Below are positions 37,344 to 45,439 of a stretch of DNA of 64,000 bases, piece after piece; the first letter of the stretch is position 1; the number at the start of each line of letters is the position of its first letter. The DNA is from Saprospiraceae bacterium. Its GTDB lineage: Bacteria > Bacteroidota > Bacteroidia > Chitinophagales > Saprospiraceae. Both the position numbers and the translations under genes were made by a program. The DNA lies in the NCBI GenBank assembly GCA_032115775.1, contig JAUMBL010000029.1, positions 1,921 to 65,920 of the forward strand, read 5' to 3'. Below the pieces are notes generated by a model. That model was given only the letters and a program-made list of their open reading frames with translations, was not told the DNA's origin and did no database searches.

Positions 37344-37565
37344 GAAACCTTGTACTGTCTGTAAAATAATACAAACAGCAAAAGTGATCACTATAAAATA
37401 TGAAGTAATTAATCAAGCGTTATTTTATTGTTATCAATTTATTAAAGCAGAAATTTTCAAAAAAATCACATATATTTAACAATAAATTAATACTCTTTAT
37501 GATGGTTTCCCCCTGTTCAACCTGACCTTTGCGGCGAACCCTCAATCCGCAATCTGTAATCAATT

Positions 37566-38477
37566 ATGCTCGGCTGGATTTTATACAAACCCAGCAGTGA
37601 ATTGCTTCAACAGGAAGATTACGAAATACTCCGGTTTCAGGAATCCGCTGCCAAATTTGATATTGATCTGCGGATCCTCAATCCGGAACAGATTGAACTG
37701 ATCGTCACGCGCGACGGCCGCAAGAGTATTTTAGTAGATAACCACGCCACGGCGTTGCCGGATTTTGTGCTACCGCGGATGGGCGCTATGACGAACTATT
37801 TTACCCTGGCGGTCATTCGGCACCTGGAGCGCCTGGGAGTCTATCCAGTCAATTCCGCCCAATCGGTGGATACAGTGAAAGACAAATTGTACACCCTGCA
37901 GATACTTGCGGAGCATGATTTTCCAATTCCCAAGACCATCCTGGCCAAATTTCCGGTGGACACGGCCATCGTCGAAGCGCAACTTAAATTTCCGGTGATC
38001 GTTAAAACGCTGAGCGGGTCGCAGGGCAGCGGGGTTTTCCTGAGTATGGACAAAAACTCGTTTGACGATTTGATGCTGCTTATCGCCGCGACGAATAAAA
38101 ACGCCAATATAATTCTGCAGGAGTTTGTGAAAAAAAGCAAAGGCCGGGACTTGCGCGTATTTACGGTGGGCGGACGCGCTATCGCAGCCATGGAACGCCG
38201 GGCGACCGACGGCAGTTTCAAAGCGAATTACAGTCGAGGCGGCAAGGTCAAACGTTACCCAATCAGCCTGGAGTTGGCTTGGCTTAGCCGGGAAATTTCC
38301 CGTATCCTGGAACTGGATATCGCCGGGATTGATTTTTTATTTGATAAGGACGGCTTCAAGATTTGCGAGGTGAACTCTTCTCCCGGTTTCAAAGGAATCG
38401 AATCCTGCTGTGATATCAGCGTGCCGGAAGAAATTTTCAAATTTATTCGGACTCGCTTGGGCGGGGAAGCTGAATAA
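37566..38477 (+). CDS. RimK-family ATP-grasp ligase (alpha-L-glutamate ligase-like)
   Basis: 303 aa. ATP-grasp pattern FPVIVKTLSGSQGSGVFL...ILQEFV...GRDLRVFTVGG...NSSPGF. Confidence 0.75.
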   Translation: MLGWILYKPSSELLQQEDYEILRFQESAAKFDIDLRILNPEQIELIVTRDGRKSILVDNHATALPDFVLPRMGAMTNYFTLAVIRHLERLGVYPVNSAQSVDTVKDKLYTLQILAEHDFPIPKTILAKFPVDTAIVEAQLKFPVIVKTLSGSQGSGVFLSMDKNSFDDLMLLIAATNKNANIILQEFVKKSKGRDLRVFTVGGRAIAAMERRATDGSFKANYSRGGKVKRYPISLELAWLSREISRILELDIAGIDFLFDKDGFKICEVNSSPGFKGIESCCDISVPEEIFKFIRTRLGGEAE

Positions 38478-38549
38478 AATGACTTCCTGAGCCCCGTTTT
38501 CCTATTCGGACGCACTTTTTCGGCGTAATTTCGCCACTAAATATCGCAC

Positions 38550-39155
38550 ATGTTTCCATCTGTCAAACACTATCTGGACTCCCTGGATACGGCCGCTGTG
38601 CCCGCCGCGCGGAAGGCTGTTTTGCAACCGCTCGCGGATTACATCCGGAGCAAATCGGCATCCGGTGAAGTGCCGCGCCTGACTTTTATCTGCACCCACA
38701 ATTCTCGGCGCAGCCATCTCGCTCAATTTTGGGCCGCCGCCGTAGCGCATGCCTGCGGCTTCGAACCGATCGCGTGTTTCTCGGGCGGCACGGAAGTAAC
38801 TTCCTGCAATCCGCGGACAATTTCGGCCCTGACCCGCGCGGGCGTGCAGGCGCAGGCAATTACCACAGGTGAAAACCCCGTCTATCTTTTATCTTACGCA
38901 GACGGCATCAATCCGCTGGTCGCTTTTTCCAAACTGTATGATCAGGCGCCCAATCCGCAAACGGCCTTTGCTGCGATCATGACCTGTTCGGACGCCGAAG
39001 AAAATTGTCCGTTTATTCCCGGAGCAGATCAACGCTTCTCCATTGCGTACGAAGACCCCAAGGTCTTCGATGACACGCCCGAGGAAGCGGCGGGCTACGA
39101 CGCCCGCTGCCGGCAGATTGCGACGGAGATGTGGTGGGTTTTTCAGCAGGTGTAA
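38550..39155 (+). CDS. Low-molecular-weight phosphatase / ArsC-like family protein
   Basis: 201 aa. C-x5-R P-loop FICTHNSRRS and a downstream CSDAEENCP segment. Confidence 0.65.
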   Translation: MFPSVKHYLDSLDTAAVPAARKAVLQPLADYIRSKSASGEVPRLTFICTHNSRRSHLAQFWAAAVAHACGFEPIACFSGGTEVTSCNPRTISALTRAGVQAQAITTGENPVYLLSYADGINPLVAFSKLYDQAPNPQTAFAAIMTCSDAEENCPFIPGADQRFSIAYEDPKVFDDTPEEAAGYDARCRQIATEMWWVFQQV

Positions 39156-39199
39156 AACGGATTTTGCAAATTTTCCGCCAGTATAAAAAGGCTCCTCCT

Positions 39200-40663
39200 T
39201 CACCGCCCGCCCCAAACCTTCCAAACCCAAACCGCCTCCCGCGATTCCAAATTCAGTACGTACACTCCGGCCGGCAGTTGCAGCCCGTCAAATAAACGAT
39301 TGTACCCCTGCTGAAGCAGGATCTCCCGACTATGCAGCACCCGACCCTGCAGGTCGCGGAGGGTGCAACGAACCGGCGCCTCCGAATCCTCCTGCGCGTA
39401 CAAGCCGATGGTGTTTTGGAAGGGATTCGGCGCGGGTTGCAGTCCGACCGGATCTGTCGGCGCAATCGTTGAGACGCTTGCACAGCCGGAAACGCCGGCG
39501 GCAACCACCGGACTCAGGAAATTAGCGGCGTTTTGAGCCCGCAGCGGGCGGTTGGCCACAAAATGGTAACTGCCGTTTTGCGCAAAAGCCAGGCAGGCCA
39601 GAATACCCAGGTCGGAATTGAACGGATCGCAAACCGTCCAGTCGGTAAAATAAAGCGGCGGATTGGGCAGGGAGGCAAACAGCGCCGCAATGGCGCCGTT
39701 TCCATAAATATGCGGCGCGTATTGGTGCCAGGGCGAACAATTGGCAAATCCGTTGCAGATGCCGCTCAAGGGGTAATACGGTTGTCCGTAATTGAACGGT
39801 ACGACCGCATCGCAGGTTTGATGGTAAAAATACACGGCCGGGGTGTCGGGGCCTTGCAGCCAGTTTTGCCCCACCGCAATTTCCGGCACGCCGCCATAAA
39901 AGCTCATTACGCCCTGCACATTGGCGTCGTAGCCGTTTCCGCTGTGCAACAGCCCGTCCACCGGACCTAAATCAGGCCGCTGCCGCGCAAGATCCGTGAT
40001 CGGCCAGACAGTTTGTACGCAGTTGAGCGCAGAAGCGTTCAGCGTATTCTGGGAGGGAACCGGCGCCGCCGCCAGCTCGGCGCAACAGTCGGGCTTTTCG
40101 GCAGCGCGGTCCAAAAAACCGGTGGCCAGCGCCAAAAACGCGCCGGCGCTTTCACCGCCCACCACCACCGCTTCCGTACAGGTCGAATCGGCCGGATGCC
40201 GCGCCTTCAACCACCGGATCGCGCCTTTCACGTCCTGCTGCCCGCGATAAATCGCCCGAATGATTTCGCAGGAATCCGCGGCATACAAAGCGTCGTACGC
40301 CGGCGGAAAAACGTCGGGAATATCCTGTGTGCCGCAAGCCCGGGCAACGGAGGCGGCCTTGTGCCAGCCCAAGCGATAATTCACGCAGGCGACGACATAC
40401 CCCCGACCGGCCATTTCCTCGGCCAGCCACTGGATATCTTCTTTGCAGCCGCCCAGCCAACTGCCGCCGTGCGCCAATACCAGCAAGGGCCTGAACCGGT
40501 TGCCGTCGCCCACCGGTTTATATAAGTCTAAACGGAGCGTGTCCGACGCGCCCGTGTAATTCGTGGCAACGCCGTAAATCAGGTTCTTTTCCACCCGCAC
40601 CGCATACTGCGCCGAAGCGGAAAAGGAAGTAAAAACCGTCAGGGCAAACAGAAAAAGACGCAT
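39200..40663 (-). CDS. Secreted alpha/beta-hydrolase (esterase) with a T9SS C-terminal sorting domain
   Basis: The ATG at 40663 gives a signal peptide MRLFLFALTVFTSFSASAQ. HGGSW oxyanion motif and GESAGA nucleophile elbow. The C-terminal roughly 80 aa (PNPFQNTIGLY...GVYVLNLES...) are typical of the Por secretion tail. The track start at 40753 is a TTG extension. Confidence 0.75.
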   Translation of the reverse strand: MRLFLFALTVFTSFSASAQYAVRVEKNLIYGVATNYTGASDTLRLDLYKPVGDGNRFRPLLVLAHGGSWLGGCKEDIQWLAEEMAGRGYVVACVNYRLGWHKAASVARACGTQDIPDVFPPAYDALYAADSCEIIRAIYRGQQDVKGAIRWLKARHPADSTCTEAVVVGGESAGAFLALATGFLDRAAEKPDCCAELAAAPVPSQNTLNASALNCVQTVWPITDLARQRPDLGPVDGLLHSGNGYDANVQGVMSFYGGVPEIAVGQNWLQGPDTPAVYFYHQTCDAVVPFNYGQPYYPLSGICNGFANCSPWHQYAPHIYGNGAIAALFASLPNPPLYFTDWTVCDPFNSDLGILACLAFAQNGSYHFVANRPLRAQNAANFLSPVVAAGVSGCASVSTIAPTDPVGLQPAPNPFQNTIGLYAQEDSEAPVRCTLRDLQGRVLHSREILLQQGYNRLFDGLQLPAGVYVLNLESREAVWVWKVWGGR

Positions 40664-40759
40664 GGGATCGCGGATTGCAGATTTTGCAGGGGATGCCTTG
40701 TTATAACGTACTACCAATAAAAATAGTGCCGGCGTCCCAAGCCAGCCGCCCAATGACCG

Positions 40760-40975
40760 TCACACAGTTCCATACAGATACGCAAACACCCCAAACGCCG
40801 CGCTTCCGATCATCAACCCCAGCGCCAGCGCTTTGTCGTCGCCGGTCTTCCAGATGAAAATGCCGGCCAGCAAACCGCCGATCGTCAAAAAATACCAGGG
40901 TATGATAAATTGGATAGCAAGCATCGCAACGAAGGTGAAAACCGTCCGAACGGCTATTGAAAACAGGTTATTCAT
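40760..40975 (-). CDS. Small two-TM membrane protein (71 aa), hypothetical
   Basis: The ATG at 40975 gives MNNLFSIAVRTVFTFVAMLAIQFIIPWYFLTIGGLLAGIFIW... The longer track ORF (to 41155) would overlap the divergent 41105 gene and its extension is R/C-rich. Confidence 0.45.
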   Translation of the reverse strand: MNNLFSIAVRTVFTFVAMLAIQFIIPWYFLTIGGLLAGIFIWKTGDDKALALGLMIGSAAFGVFAYLYGTV

Positions 40976-41104
40976 AATGCAACAGGTTGATTTAAGTGCA
41001 AACTTACTATTTCTTCTGCACCCTGTATCAAAATAGACCGCACCGCAATCCGCAAAATAACACCTACCTTTGAGCGTCCGACATTCACCTAGCGCAAATC
41101 GTCT

Positions 41105-42106
41105 ATGAAAGTCATTATTCCGGTTGCCGGCGCCGGTATGCGCCTCCGCCCGCACACGTACACCCAGCCTAAACCGCTGGTTCCCGTAGCGGGAAAGCCG
41201 ATTATTTGTTTTATTATTGATAAACTCGTAGAGGCCGGGCTACAGGATTTTGTCTTCGTCATCGGCTACCTGGGCGATAAAATCAAGGGGTTTATTGAAA
41301 CGCGGTACCCCAACCTGCACACCGAATTCGTCTATCAGGAACACCGGGAGGGCTCCGGCCATGCCATCTGGACGGCCCGCGAAACAATCAAAAACGAAAA
41401 AGAATTGTTCATCGCGTTCGGGGATACCATCTTCGATGTGGATCTGCGCCAATTGCTCGATTGCCCCGACTCCTGCCTGGGCGTCAAAAAAGTAAACGAT
41501 CCGCGCGAATTCGGCGTGGCGGATACCGACGACGAAATGTATGTCACCCGGGTGACGGAAAAACCGCGGATCCCTAAATCAAATATGGCTATCGTCGGGC
41601 TCTACAAAATCAAGCAAGTCCCAGAATTAATCGCAGCGATCGAACAAAATATACGGGTCGGTCACCGCACCATGGGCGAATACCAACTCACCGACGCCCT
41701 CCAAATGCTGCTCGAACAAGGGACGCCGATCAAGGCCATCCCGGTAGATAACTGGTTCGATTGCGGCCGCAAAGAAGTGCTGCTCGAAACCAACGCCATG
41801 CTGCTCAGCCAACAGGCCTACTCCTCCGATCATCTGAACCTGCCGGAATTCAATAACACAATTTTTATCGACCCGGTATCAGTAGGCGCTGATTGCCAGA
41901 TATCCAATAGTATTATCGGACCCAACGTCACCGTGGGCGGCAATGTCCAAATCAGCGGCTCGATTATCAAAGATAGCATCATCGGCAATTATGCCGCGCT
42001 CGAAGACGTAGTGCTCAACCACTCGGTCATCGGCAGCGATGCCACCGTCCGCGGAATGAACCTCAGCCTGAATATCGGCGATAATACGGAAATTAGGTTT
42101 GATTGA
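41105..42106 (+). CDS. Sugar-phosphate nucleotidyltransferase with a C-terminal left-handed beta-helix
   Basis: 333 aa. N-terminal MKVIIPVAGAGMRLRP...KPLVPVAGKPII. C-terminal hexapeptide-like repeats (IGPNVTVGGNVQISGSIIKDSIIGNY). Confidence 0.8.
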   Translation: MKVIIPVAGAGMRLRPHTYTQPKPLVPVAGKPIICFIIDKLVEAGLQDFVFVIGYLGDKIKGFIETRYPNLHTEFVYQEHREGSGHAIWTARETIKNEKELFIAFGDTIFDVDLRQLLDCPDSCLGVKKVNDPREFGVADTDDEMYVTRVTEKPRIPKSNMAIVGLYKIKQVPELIAAIEQNIRVGHRTMGEYQLTDALQMLLEQGTPIKAIPVDNWFDCGRKEVLLETNAMLLSQQAYSSDHLNLPEFNNTIFIDPVSVGADCQISNSIIGPNVTVGGNVQISGSIIKDSIIGNYAALEDVVLNHSVIGSDATVRGMNLSLNIGDNTEIRFD

Positions 42107-42168
42107 GGGAAACAATATACCTTCGCGCCCGTTTTCCAAAAAACAGTTTCTAAGCAATACGACGCATC

Positions 42169-43314
42169 ATGAAATTTGATACGAAAGTTATCCATGCCGG
42201 TATCGAACCGGATCCCTCCACGGGCGCTATTATGACGCCCATCTTCCAAACTTCCACTTATGTGCAGGCGGCGCCCGGCGACCACAAAGGCTATGAATAT
42301 GCCCGCACGCAAAATCCGACCCGCTCGGTGCTGGAAAAAAACCTGGCCGCGCTGGAAAACGGCACGGACGCCATCTGTTTCAGCTCCGGCCTGGCCGCGC
42401 AGGACGCCGTGATCAAATTGCTCCGAACGGGCGATGAAATTCTTTCGGTCAATGACCTCTACGGCGGCTCTTACCGCCAAATGGTGCGGGTGTACGGCCC
42501 CTGGGGACTCAAAAGCCGGTACGTGGATCTTTATGACGCCGAAAATGCAGAACGGGAACTCGGCCCGGATACACGTATGATCTGGATCGAAACGCCCACG
42601 AACCCGATGCTCAATGTGGTGGATATCGCCGCCGTTTGCGCGATCGCCCGCAAGCATGGCATCCTGACGGTGGTGGACAATACCTTCGCCTCGCCGTATC
42701 TGCAAAATCCGCTCGACCTCGGCGCCGATATCGTGCTGCATTCGGCTACCAAATACATCGGCGGACACTCTGATGTGGTGCATGGCTGCCTGGTTGTGCG
42801 GGACGCCGACCTGGCACAACGCCTGCGCTTTATCCAAAACGCCTCGGGCGCCGTACCCGGTCCGCAAGACTGTTTCCTCATCCTGCGCGGCATCAAAACG
42901 CTGCACCTGCGCGTACAGCGCGCCTGCGAAAATGCGGAAAAAATCGCCCAGTACCTCGCCGCGCACCCGAAAGTAGCCAAGGTCTATTGGCCGGGCTTCG
43001 AATCGCATCCTAATCACGCCGTTGCTAAAAAACAAATGCGCATGTTCGGGGCCATGGTCTCGTTCGATCTGCACGACAATACCTACCAGGCAGCAGAAAA
43101 AGTGCTGAGCAATACCCACCTGTTCGCGTTGGCTGAATCGCTGGGGGGCGTGGAGTCGCTGATCGGTCATCCAGCCAGTATGACGCACGCCAGCATCCCC
43201 CGGGAAGAACGCCTAAAGGTCGGTCTCACCGATTCGCTGGTACGCCTTAGCGTCGGGGTGGAAGATGTAGGCGATTTGATGGAGGATCTGGAGCGCGCGT
43301 TGCAACTGGTGTGA
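42169..43314 (+). CDS. PLP-dependent trans-sulfuration enzyme (cystathionine gamma-synthase / beta-lyase / gamma-lyase family)
   Basis: 381 aa. PLP-lysine motif HSATKYIGGHSD and N-terminal TGAIMTPIFQTSTY. Confidence 0.85.
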   Translation: MKFDTKVIHAGIEPDPSTGAIMTPIFQTSTYVQAAPGDHKGYEYARTQNPTRSVLEKNLAALENGTDAICFSSGLAAQDAVIKLLRTGDEILSVNDLYGGSYRQMVRVYGPWGLKSRYVDLYDAENAERELGPDTRMIWIETPTNPMLNVVDIAAVCAIARKHGILTVVDNTFASPYLQNPLDLGADIVLHSATKYIGGHSDVVHGCLVVRDADLAQRLRFIQNASGAVPGPQDCFLILRGIKTLHLRVQRACENAEKIAQYLAAHPKVAKVYWPGFESHPNHAVAKKQMRMFGAMVSFDLHDNTYQAAEKVLSNTHLFALAESLGGVESLIGHPASMTHASIPREERLKVGLTDSLVRLSVGVEDVGDLMEDLERALQLV

Positions 43315-43361
43315 TCGGCCGCATGCGCGCTGGAAGGAGTCGAATTTTAGGAGGTAAATTT

Positions 43362-44153
43362 TCAGGATTCTGTGAAATGTGGCTGCAGAACGCCCAGCAC
43401 GTCCTCGTACAGGCGCTCGTTCGTCGCTATGATTTCCCGACCGTGTAAATAATGGCCTCCACCGCTGAAATCGCATATTTTGCCGCCGGCTTCCTGCACC
43501 AGCACGATGCCGGCGGCCACATCCCAGGGCGCCAACCCGTATTCGAAAAACGCGTCATATTGCCCGCTGGCTACATAAGCCAGATCCAGCGCGGCAGCGC
43601 CAAAACGGCGAATCCCGCGGGTCTGCCTGGAAAATTCCTGGAGCGCGGCGTAATAAGCGCTTGCGCGGCCAAAATCATAATAGGGTAGTCCGGTTGCAAT
43701 CAGGGAATCGCTCAGGCGCGCGCGTTCGCTCACCCAAATCTGCCGCCCGTCGCACCAGGCGCCGCCGCCCTGCCACGCGTAGTAGTATTCATTGCGCGGG
43801 ACGTGGCAGATTAGACCAAAAACCGGTACGCGGTCTGCTTTTAATCCGACGCTGATGGCGTAGTGCGGGAGTCCGAATAAAAAATTCGTCGTGCCGTCTA
43901 GCGGATCAATAATCCATTGCAGGTTGCTCTCCGCGTTGGGCGCGGTCTCCTCTTCGGTTAGGAAGGTAGCGTCGGGCAACAGATCGCGCAATCCTGCCAC
44001 CAGTATCTCCTCCGCCGTCCGATCTACATAACTGACCAGTCCGTTCAGGAATTTCTCTTCAATCTGTCCGGCTTTTACACGGCCTTGTTCGCCTCGAATA
44101 AACGCGGCTGCGCGTTCCACAACGGCAATCGTCGGTTGGAGTAGATGTTGCAT
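43362..44153 (-). CDS. Inositol monophosphatase-family protein
   Basis: 263 aa. WIIDPLDGTTNF and GAAALDLAYVASGQYD motifs. Starts 3 nt after the stop of the upstream dihydroorotase-like gene. Confidence 0.8.
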   Translation of the reverse strand: MQHLLQPTIAVVERAAAFIRGEQGRVKAGQIEEKFLNGLVSYVDRTAEEILVAGLRDLLPDATFLTEEETAPNAESNLQWIIDPLDGTTNFLFGLPHYAISVGLKADRVPVFGLICHVPRNEYYYAWQGGGAWCDGRQIWVSERARLSDSLIATGLPYYDFGRASAYYAALQEFSRQTRGIRRFGAAALDLAYVASGQYDAFFEYGLAPWDVAAGIVLVQEAGGKICDFSGGGHYLHGREIIATNERLYEDVLGVLQPHFTES

Positions 44154-44156
44154 ACG

Positions 44157-45434
44157 TCAGAGATTGTCGTGAAAGGCGTTGTTGCAGATGATTCCGACTG
44201 CGCGCGCCTGGAGGGTTTGGCCAATGAGCGGAGTATTTTTGGATTGCGCGCGGAGGTCTGCGGCCTGCACCGTCCAGCGGAGTTCCGGATCGAAGAGGGT
44301 AATTTCTGCGGTTGCGCCAACCGCGATGCGCGGTACGGGCAGCCCGAGGATACGTCGCGGGCTGTCGGCCCATTTTTCCACCAGTTGCGCGAAGGGCAGG
44401 GCCTCTTTCAGCACCGTGTAGCTGAGCGCGCCGGCGGTATCCAGGCTACTCATTCCGAATTCAGCGTATGGGAATTCCAGGTTTTTGTGTTCGGCGTCCC
44501 AAGGTTCGTGGTTGGAACAGATACAGTCAATCGTGCCGTCGAGCAGGCCTTGTATCAGCGCCTGACGATCTGATTCGGCGCGCAGGGGCGGGTTTACTTT
44601 GTAGTTGGAATCGAAATGCGCAAGTTGGGCGTCCGTAAATGCCAGGTTCGCTACGGCCACGGAGCAGGTGACCGGTAGGCCTGCCGCTTTGGCCGCGCGG
44701 ATCATCGCGACGCTTTCGGCGGTGGAGATGAGTTGGATATGGAGCCGACCGCCGCTGTAAGCCAGGAGTTTCAGGTCGCGCTGGACGATCAGTTCTTCCG
44801 CAAGGGCGGGAATACCTTTCATGCCCAGCATGGTGCTCTGCAGGCCCTCGTGCATCTGGCCGCCGCCGGCGATTCCATGGTGGTGCGGGCGGTTCATCAC
44901 CAACCCGCCGAATGCCTGGGTGTATTGCAGCGCCCGCAGTAGCAGGCCGGCGTCCTGTACCGGATACCGGCCGTCCGAAAAAGCGATCGCGCCGGCAGCA
45001 AACTGGTCGTACAGTTCCGCCAAATCTTTGCCGGCATTATCCTGCGAAATCGAGCCGATGGGAAAAAAACGCACGGGCAGGCCGGCGGTTTTATTGCGTA
45101 CATACAATACCTCCGCTTTGCTGTGTACGGCCGGCTTGGTATTGGGCATACAGACTACTGCCGTGAATCCGCCGGCTGCGGCAGCCCGGGCGGTGACGTG
45201 CAAGTCTTCCCGGTACTCGTACCCGGGATCGGCGATCTGCGTGCCGAGATCCATCCAGCCCGGACAGGCCACTGCGCCCCGGCAATCATACACTTGCGCG
45301 TCTTTGTCCGGGACAATATCCTTTCCCATTGCAGTAATGACGCCGTCGCGAATGGCAATATGGAGGCGTTCGTTCCGGTTTTTCGAGTCGGCGTTTTCCA
45401 CCGTACGGACATTTTGCAGAAAAATCATAGACAT
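44157..45434 (-). CDS. Dihydroorotase-like amidohydrolase with degenerate metal/catalytic motifs (probable pseudo-enzyme)
   Basis: 425 aa. The overall class I DHOase pattern is present (GGFTAVVCMPNTKP, NPPLR). However, the H-x-H position reads PGWMDLGTQ, and the T-D-H-A-P position reads CSNHEP. Confidence 0.7.
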   Translation of the reverse strand: MSMIFLQNVRTVENADSKNRNERLHIAIRDGVITAMGKDIVPDKDAQVYDCRGAVACPGWMDLGTQIADPGYEYREDLHVTARAAAAGGFTAVVCMPNTKPAVHSKAEVLYVRNKTAGLPVRFFPIGSISQDNAGKDLAELYDQFAAGAIAFSDGRYPVQDAGLLLRALQYTQAFGGLVMNRPHHHGIAGGGQMHEGLQSTMLGMKGIPALAEELIVQRDLKLLAYSGGRLHIQLISTAESVAMIRAAKAAGLPVTCSVAVANLAFTDAQLAHFDSNYKVNPPLRAESDRQALIQGLLDGTIDCICSNHEPWDAEHKNLEFPYAEFGMSSLDTAGALSYTVLKEALPFAQLVEKWADSPRRILGLPVPRIAVGATAEITLFDPELRWTVQAADLRAQSKNTPLIGQTLQARAVGIICNNAFHDNL

Positions 45435-45439
45435 GGCAG

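Noticed and set aside
40976-41155. N-terminal 60-codon extension of the small membrane protein ORF
   Set aside because: The extension overlaps the divergent nucleotidyltransferase gene start and is R/C/G-rich. The internal ATG at 40975 begins the hydrophobic protein.
41989-43188. 399-aa minus-strand ORF
   Set aside because: Antisense shadow of the PLP-dependent trans-sulfuration gene (the PLP-lysine motif is on the + strand).
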